A DNA stretch of 4,974 bases from a virus (Duplodnaviria > Heunggongvirae > Uroviricota > Caudoviricetes), in IMG/VR virus record IMGVR_UViG_2654587568_000009; one strand, given 5' to 3'. A program made the translations under genes and the position numbers. A model generated the notes under the pieces. The model had not been told where the DNA came from. It saw nothing but the letters and a program-made list of their open reading frames with translations, and did not search any database. The stretch's first letter is position 1. Each line of letters begins with the position of its first letter. Below, piece after piece: positions 1 through 4,974 of this stretch.

Positions 1-252
1 GTGCCGTTGTCAGCGGCGCAGCCGGGCGATGTGCTGCTGTGCTGTTTTGGTTCATCGGTGCCGAATCACGCCGCAATTTACTGCGGCGACGGCGAGCTGC
101 TGCACCATATTCCTGAACAACTGAGTAAACGAGAGAGGTACACCGACAAATGGCAGCGACGCACACACTCCCTCTGGCGTCACCGGGCATGGCACGCATC
201 TGCCTTTACGGGGATTTACAACGATTTGGTCGCCGCATCGACCTTCGTGTAA
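1..252 (+). CDS. K: Tail assembly protein K, C-terminal 83 codons (5' end lies upstream of the window; the GTG at position 1 is not a real start)
   Basis: Frame-1 ORF runs open from the window edge to TAA at 250-252. The translation (...DVLLCCFGSSVPNHAAIYCGDGELLHHIPEQLSKRERYTDKWQRRTHSLWRHRAW...) matches my recollection of the C-terminus of lambda gpK (NlpC/P60-type tail-tip assembly protein). It overlaps the start of the next gene exactly as K overlaps I in lambda. Confidence 0.85.
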   Translation: MPLSAAQPGDVLLCCFGSSVPNHAAIYCGDGELLHHIPEQLSKRERYTDKWQRRTHSLWRHRAWHASAFTGIYNDLVAASTFV

Positions 253-791
253 AAACGGGGGCCGAAGCTATCCGTGCGCTGGCCACACAGATCCCGGCGT
301 TTCGTCAGAAACTGAATGAGGGCTGGTATCAGGTGCGCATTGCCGGGCGTGATGCAGGCGAAACCGAATTATCTGCCCGTCTTAATGAGCCGCTGGCAAA
401 TGGTGCCGTGATCCACATTGTGCCGCGTCTGGCGGGTGCCAAAAGTGGCGGTGTTTTTCAGGCAGTGCTGGGTGCGGCGCTGATTGCTACGGCAATCTGG
501 ATGCCGGGAATCAGTATCGCTTTCAGTGACATTCTCTTTTCTATGGGGGCAGCGATGACGCTTGGTGGTGTTGCACAGATGCTGGCTCCTAAACCCCAAA
601 CCCCCCGAACGCAGACAACGGATAACGGCAAACAGAACACCTATTTCTCCTCACTGGATAACATGGTTGCCCAGGGCAATGTTCTGCCTGTTCTGTACGG
701 TGAAATGCGCGTGGGGTCACGCGTGGTTTCTCAGGAGATCAGCACGGCAGACGAAGGGGATGGTGGTCAGGTTGTGGTGATTGGTCGCTGA
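150..791 (+). CDS. I: Tail assembly protein I (tail tip assembly), 213 aa
   Basis: ATG at 150 preceded by a purine-rich GAGAGAGG (131-138); stop TGA at 789-791. The translation (MAATHTLPLASPGMARICLYGDLQRFGRRIDLRVKTGAEAIRALATQ...VAQGNVLPVLYGEMRVGSRVVSQEISTADEGDGGQVVVIGR) is recognisably lambda gpI-like at both ends. The start overlaps the K reading frame by 103 nt in a different frame, as in lambda. Confidence 0.9.
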   Translation: MAATHTLPLASPGMARICLYGDLQRFGRRIDLRVKTGAEAIRALATQIPAFRQKLNEGWYQVRIAGRDAGETELSARLNEPLANGAVIHIVPRLAGAKSGGVFQAVLGAALIATAIWMPGISIAFSDILFSMGAAMTLGGVAQMLAPKPQTPRTQTTDNGKQNTYFSSLDNMVAQGNVLPVLYGEMRVGSRVVSQEISTADEGDGGQVVVIGR

Positions 792-809
792 TGCAAAATG
801 TTTTATGTG

Positions 810-839
810 AAACCGCCTCCGGGCGGTTTTGTCGTTTAT
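810..839 (+). terminator. Terminator-like hairpin in the I-J intergenic region (function uncertain: weak intrinsic terminator or RNA stability/processing structure)
   Basis: Perfect inverted repeat AAACCGCC (810-817) / GGCGGTTT (822-829) with a 4-nt loop TCCG (818-821), followed by a T-rich tract (TTTTGTCGTTTAT, 827-839). It lies wholly in the 60-nt gap between the I stop (791) and the J start (852). Confidence 0.35.
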
Positions 840-851
840 GGAGCATGACGA

Positions 852-3800
852 ATGGGCAAAGGAAGCAGTAAGGGGCATACCCCGCGCGAAGCGAAGGACA
901 ACCTGAAATCCACGCAACTGCTGAGTGTGATTGATGCCATCAGCGAAGGGCCGATTGAAGGTCCGGTGGATGGATTAAAAAGCGTGCTGCTGAACAGTAC
1001 GCCGGTGCTGGACAGTGAAGGGAATACCAACATCTCCGGTGTCACGGTGGTGTTCCGGGCCGGTGAGCAGGAGCAGACACCGCCGGAGGGATTTGAATCC
1101 TCCGGCTCCGAGACGGTGCTGGGTACGGAAGTGAAATACGACACGCCGATCACCCGCACCATCACGTCGGCAAACATCGATCGTCTGCGCTTTACCTTCG
1201 GTGTGCAGGCACTGGTGGAAACCACCTCAAAGGGGGACAGGAATCCGTCGGAAGTCCGCCTGCTGGTTCAGATACAACGTAACGGTGGCTGGGTGACGGA
1301 AAAAGACATCACCATTAAGGGTAAAACCACCTCGCAGTATCTGGCCTCGGTGGTGGTGGATAACCTGCCGCCGCGCCCGTTTAATATCCGGATGCGCAGG
1401 ATGACGCCGGACAGCACCACAGACCAGCTGCAGAACAAAACGCTCTGGTCGTCATACACCGAAATCATCGATGTGAAACAGTGCTACCCGAACACGGCAC
1501 TGGTCGGCGTGCAGGTGGACTCGGAGCAGTTCGGCAGCCAGCAGGTGAGCCGTAATTATCATCTGCGCGGGCGTATTCTGCAGGTGCCGTCGAACTATAA
1601 CCCGCAGACGCGGCAATACAGCGGTATCTGGGACGGAACGTTTAAGCCAGCATACAGCAACAACATGGCCTGGTGTCTGTGGGATATGCTTACCCATCCG
1701 CGCTACGGCATGGGGAAACGTCTTGGTGCGGCGGATGTGGATAAATGGGCGCTGTATGTCATCGGCCAGTACTGCGACCAGTCAGTGCCGGACGGCTTTG
1801 GCGGCACGGAGCCGCGCATCACCTGTAATGCGTACCTGACCACACAGCGCAAGGCGTGGGATGTGCTCAGTGATTTCTGCTCGGCGATGCGCTGTATGCC
1901 GGTATGGAACGGGCAGACGCTGACGTTCGTGCAGGACCGGCCATCGGATAAGGTGTGGACCTATAACCGCAGTAATGTGGTGATGCCGGATGATGGCGCG
2001 CCGTTCCGCTACAGCTTCAGCGCCCTGAAAGACCGCCATAATGCCGTTGAGGTGAACTGGATTGACCCGAACAACGGCTGGGAGACGGCGACAGAGCTTG
2101 TGGAGGATACGCAGGCCATTGCCCGTTACGGTCGTAACGTCACGAAGATGGATGCCTTTGGCTGTACCAGCCGGGGGCAGGCACACCGCGCCGGGCTGTG
2201 GCTGATTAAAACAGAACTGCTGGAAACGCAGACCGTGGACTTCAGCGTGGGCGCAGAAGGGCTTCGCCATGTACCGGGCGATGTCATTGAAATCTGCGAT
2301 GATGACTATGCCGGTATCAGCACCGGTGGTCGTGTGCTGGCGGTGAACAGCCAGACCCGGACGCTGACGCTCGACCGTGAAATCACGCTGCCATCCTCCG
2401 GTACCACGCTGATAAGCCTGGTTGACGGAAGTGGCAATCCGGTCAGCGTGGAGGTTCAGTCCGTCACCGACGGCGTGAAGGTAAAAGTGAGCCGTGTTCC
2501 TGACGGTGTTGCTGAATACAGCGTATGGGGGCTGAAGCTGCCGACGCTGCGCCAGCGACTGTTCCGCTGCGTGAGTATCCGTGAGAACGACGACGGCACG
2601 TACGCCATCACAGCCGTGCAGCATGTCCCGGAAAAAGAGGCCATCGTGGATAACGGGGCGCACTTTGACGGCGACCAGAGCGGCACGGTGAATGGTGTCA
2701 CGCCGCCAGCGGTGCAGCACCTGACTGCCGAAGTCACCGCAGACAGCGGGGAGTATCAGGTGCTGGCGCGATGGGACACACCGAAGGTGGTGAAGGGCGT
2801 GAGCTTCCTGCTCCGTCTGACCGTAACAGCGGACGACGGCAGTGAGCGGCTGGTCAGCACGGCCCGGACGACGGAAACCACATACCGCTTCACGCAACTG
2901 GCGCTGGGGAACTACACGCTGACAGTCCGGGCGGTAAATGCGTGGGGGCAGCAGGGCGATCCGGCATCGGTATCGTTCCGGATTGCGGCACCGGCAGCGC
3001 CTGTCACTATTGAACTGATACCAGGGTATTTTCAGATAACAGCGGTCCCGAAACTGGCTGTATATGACCCGACGGTGCAGTTTGAGTTCTGGTTCTCGGA
3101 AAAGCGGATTATCGATATCAGGCAGGTTGAAACCAGCGCGCGTTATCTTGGTACGGCGCTGTACTGGATAGCCGCCAGTAGCAATATTAAGCCGGGTTAT
3201 GATTATTACTTTTATATCCGCAGCGTGAACACCGTAGGTAAATCGGCATTTGTGGAGGCCGTCGGTCGGGCGAGCGATGATGCGGAAGGTTATCTGAATT
3301 TTTATAAAGGGTTGATCAATAAAACGCATCTCGGCAAGGAACTGCTGGAAAACTTTGAGCTGACGGAAGATAACGCCAGCAAACTGGAGGAGTTTTCGAA
3401 AGAGTGGAAGGACGCTAACGATAAATGGAATGCCATGTGGGGCGTCAAAATTGAGCAGACCAAAGACGGCAAACATTATGTCGCGGGTATTGGCCTCAGC
3501 ATGGAGGACACGGAGGAAGGCAAGCTGAGCCAGTTTCTGGTTGCCGCTAACCGTATCGCGTTTATTGACCCGGCAAACGGGAATGAAACGCCGATGTTTG
3601 TGGCGCAGGGCAACCAGATATTCATGAATGACGTGTTCCTGAAACGCCTGACGGCCCCCACCATTACCAGCGGTGGCAATCCACCGGCATTTTCCCTGAC
3701 ACCGGACGGAAAGCTGACTGCTAAAAATGCGGATATCAGTGGCAGTGTGAATGCGAACGCCGGGACGCTCAACAACGTCACGGTAAATGAAAACTGTACG

Positions 3801-4265
3801 ATTAAGGGCATGCTGGAGGCGACCCAAGTCAGAGGGGACTTCGTTAAAGCTGTATCCAAATCATTTCCGAAACAGGCTGGTACGTGGGGTAACACGGAAA
3901 CACCAAACGGGACGGTTACAGTCACCATCAGCGATGATCATAACTTTGACCGTCAAATCATTATTCCGCCCATTATCTTTAACGGAATAGCGTATAGCTA
4001 TCCGGGAAGTGGTAATAACCCGGGAGGTACAAGGTACACGGGTTATGGTTTTGAAGTTCGCAAAAACGGTGTATTAATCGCATCCAGAGAAACTAAAGGG
4101 GCCATTCCCGGTAGTTACAGTGCGGTTATTGATATGCCGAGTGGCAGGGGAAGCGTCACTCTGGAGTTTAAGATTTTCCAGAAAGGCAATCAGGGGGCAG
4201 GCAATATCACCGACTGTACGGTGATTGTGACCAAAAAAGCGGCTTCCGGCATCAGTATTCGTTGA
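852..4265 (+). CDS. J: Host specificity protein J (central tail fibre / tail tip), 1137 aa
   Basis: Uninterrupted 3414-nt ORF. ATG at 852 is preceded by GGAG (840-843) with an 8-nt spacer; stop TGA at 4263-4265. The N-terminus ([45 protein letters not shown]...) and most of the length match my recollection of lambda gpJ (about 1132 aa). The central region contains fibronectin type III-like repeats, and the C-terminal ~160 aa occupy the position of the receptor-binding domain. Confidence 0.95.
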   Translation: MGKGSSKGHTPREAKDNLKSTQLLSVIDAISEGPIEGPVDGLKSVLLNSTPVLDSEGNTNISGVTVVFRAGEQEQTPPEGFESSGSETVLGTEVKYDTPITRTITSANIDRLRFTFGVQALVETTSKGDRNPSEVRLLVQIQRNGGWVTEKDITIKGKTTSQYLASVVVDNLPPRPFNIRMRRMTPDSTTDQLQNKTLWSSYTEIIDVKQCYPNTALVGVQVDSEQFGSQQVSRNYHLRGRILQVPSNYNPQTRQYSGIWDGTFKPAYSNNMAWCLWDMLTHPRYGMGKRLGAADVDKWALYVIGQYCDQSVPDGFGGTEPRITCNAYLTTQRKAWDVLSDFCSAMRCMPVWNGQTLTFVQDRPSDKVWTYNRSNVVMPDDGAPFRYSFSALKDRHNAVEVNWIDPNNGWETATELVEDTQAIARYGRNVTKMDAFGCTSRGQAHRAGLWLIKTELLETQTVDFSVGAEGLRHVPGDVIEICDDDYAGISTGGRVLAVNSQTRTLTLDREITLPSSGTTLISLVDGSGNPVSVEVQSVTDGVKVKVSRVPDGVAEYSVWGLKLPTLRQRLFRCVSIRENDDGTYAITAVQHVPEKEAIVDNGAHFDGDQSGTVNGVTPPAVQHLTAEVTADSGEYQVLARWDTPKVVKGVSFLLRLTVTADDGSERLVSTARTTETTYRFTQLALGNYTLTVRAVNAWGQQGDPASVSFRIAAPAAPVTIELIPGYFQITAVPKLAVYDPTVQFEFWFSEKRIIDIRQVETSARYLGTALYWIAASSNIKPGYDYYFYIRSVNTVGKSAFVEAVGRASDDAEGYLNFYKGLINKTHLGKELLENFELTEDNASKLEEFSKEWKDANDKWNAMWGVKIEQTKDGKHYVAGIGLSMEDTEEGKLSQFLVAANRIAFIDPANGNETPMFVAQGNQIFMNDVFLKRLTAPTITSGGNPPAFSLTPDGKLTAKNADISGSVNANAGTLNNVTVNENCTIKGMLEATQVRGDFVKAVSKSFPKQAGTWGNTETPNGTVTVTISDDHNFDRQIIIPPIIFNGIAYSYPGSGNNPGGTRYTGYGFEVRKNGVLIASRETKGAIPGSYSAVIDMPSGRGSVTLEFKIFQKGNQGAGNITDCTVIVTKKAASGISIR

Positions 4266-4286
4266 AATTGTTATAACCCATATAAG

Positions 4287-4312
4287 GGCACCAGAAATGG
4301 TGCCTTTTTTAT
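4287..4312 (+). terminator. Rho-independent (intrinsic) terminator downstream of J
   Basis: 7-bp stem GGCACCA (4287-4293) / TGGTGCC (4298-4304) closing a GAAA (GNRA-type) tetraloop (4294-4297), followed immediately by TTTTTT (4305-4310) and ATT. It sits 22 nt after the J stop codon. Confidence 0.75.
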
Positions 4313-4334
4313 TGCAGAAAAGCGAGAGGTAATT

Positions 4335-4934
4335 ATGCGTAAAGTTTGTGCAGCCATTTTGTCCGCAGCCATCTGTCTGTCCGTATCCGGTGCGCCTGCA
4401 TGGGCGTCTGAACATCAGTCCACACTGAGCGCGGGGTATCTTCATGCCCCGACGAACGTTCCCGGCAGCGATGATCTGAACGGGATTAATGTGAAATACC
4501 GTTATGAGTTTACGGACACGCTGGGGCTGGTGACGTCATTCAGCTATGCAGGAGACAAGAATCGCCAGCTGACCCGTTACAGCGATACCCGCTGGCATGA
4601 AGATTCTGTGCGTAACCGCTGGTTCAGCGTGATGGCGGGGCCATCTGTGCGCGTGAATGAATGGTTCAGCACGTATGCGATGGCGGGTGTGGCTTACAGC
4701 CGTGTGTCGGCTTTTTCCGGGGATTATCTCCGCGTAACTGACAACAAGGGGAAAACGCACGATGTGCTGACCGGAAGTGATGACGGTCGCCACAGTAACA
4801 CGTCTCTGGCGTGGGGGGCTGGCGTGCAGTTTAACCCGACCGAATCCGTGGCCGTTGATGTCGCTTATGAAGGCTCCGGCAGTGGTGACTGGCGCACTGA
4901 CGGTTTCATCGTGGGTGTCGGTTATAAATTCTGA
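4335..4934 (+). CDS. lom: Outer membrane protein Lom (Ail/Lom/PagC/Rck family 8-strand beta-barrel), 199 aa
   Basis: ATG at 4335 with RBS GAGAGG (4324-4329) and a 5-nt spacer; stop TGA at 4932-4934. The N-terminus MRKVCAAILSAAICLSVSGAPAWA-SEHQ is a typical Sec signal peptide with an AxA cleavage motif. The C-terminus ends in ...GFIVGVGYKF with a terminal Phe, the beta-barrel outer-membrane protein signature. The sequence is recognisably lambda Lom-like, and its position immediately after J matches lambda. Confidence 0.93.
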   Translation: MRKVCAAILSAAICLSVSGAPAWASEHQSTLSAGYLHAPTNVPGSDDLNGINVKYRYEFTDTLGLVTSFSYAGDKNRQLTRYSDTRWHEDSVRNRWFSVMAGPSVRVNEWFSTYAMAGVAYSRVSAFSGDYLRVTDNKGKTHDVLTGSDDGRHSNTSLAWGAGVQFNPTESVAVDVAYEGSGSGDWRTDGFIVGVGYKF

Positions 4935-4974
4935 TTAGCCAGGTAACACAGTGTTATGACAGCCCGCCGGTTCA

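Noticed and set aside
1-3. GTG at position 1 as the start of a short 83-aa gene
   Set aside because: The frame is open to the very first base and the translation matches the C-terminal part of gpK; the real start lies upstream of the window.
369-780. Small ORFs nested in or antisense to gene I (369..599 -, 458..640 -, 562..780 +)
   Set aside because: All lie wholly inside the strongly supported I coding region, in other frames, with Arg/Cys/His-rich translations; there is no independent evidence for them.
717-917. A 66-aa minus-strand ORF across the I-J junction
   Set aside because: It overlaps the 3' end of I, the intergenic hairpin and the 5' end of J on the opposite strand; there is no support beyond being stop-free.
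836-1225. A 129-aa minus-strand ORF spanning the J start region
   Set aside because: It is antisense to the 5' end of J and the I-J spacer, gives a Ser/Pro/Thr-rich implausible translation, and has no start context; it is a frame artefact.
1782-3827. A 681-aa open reading frame on the minus strand, entirely antisense to J
   Set aside because: It starts with TTG, has no recognisable RBS, and translates to an Arg/His/Cys/Pro-rich low-complexity sequence typical of the reverse frame of a GC-rich gene with strong codon bias. The sense strand encodes a full-length, well-recognised J protein. Long stop-free antisense frames are an expected artefact here.
4225-4286. Candidate sigma-70 promoter for lom at the 3' end of J (TTGAAA 4262-4267 with TATAAG 4281-4286; also TTGTGA 4225-4230)
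   Set aside because: The spacer between the best -35 and -10 hexamers is about 13 nt, well short of the 16-18 nt optimum, and a transcript started here would run straight into the 4287-4312 terminator. Not callable from sequence alone.
1268-4445. Other short minus-strand or alternate-frame ORFs inside J and the J-lom junction (1268..1468, 1452..1697, 2456..2737, 3476..3928, 4074..4445 on the minus strand; 3787..3990 on the plus strand)
   Set aside because: They are embedded in J, lack start context, and are short enough to be expected by chance in GC-rich sequence. The 4074..4445 frame would also run antisense through the J terminator and the lom start.
4536-4793. An 85-aa minus-strand ORF inside lom
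   Set aside because: It is antisense to a well-supported signal-peptide-bearing outer-membrane protein gene, and its translation is His/Arg-rich and implausible.
1-4974. Search for CRISPR repeats, tRNA genes, IS or transposon inverted repeats, att sites and Chi (GCTGGTGG) sites
   Set aside because: No regularly spaced direct repeats, no tRNA-like cloverleaf-capable segments between genes (intergenic space totals under 200 nt), no terminal inverted repeats, and no Chi octamer found on either strand by eye; nothing to report.

Overview
This window reads as the tail-tip / host-specificity module of a lambda-like (lambdoid) phage or prophage from an enterobacterium. All four genes are on the + strand in the same order and with nearly the same spacing as the bacteriophage lambda left arm, as I recall it: the 3' end of tail assembly gene K (1..252, truncated by the window start), tail assembly gene I (150..791, overlapping K), the central tail fibre / host specificity gene J (852..4265, 1137 aa), and the outer-membrane protein gene lom (4335..4934). 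A strong intrinsic terminator hairpin (4287..4312) lies between J and lom, and a weaker terminator-like hairpin lies between I and J (810..839). I see no tRNA, rRNA, CRISPR array, IS element or integrase. I do not find evidence of a new biological system here. The points worth a second look are the C-terminal receptor-binding region of J, which looks diverged from lambda, an apparent drop in GC content across the 3' part of J, and the lom cargo gene. All homology statements come from recognising the translated sequences from memory; no database search was run.
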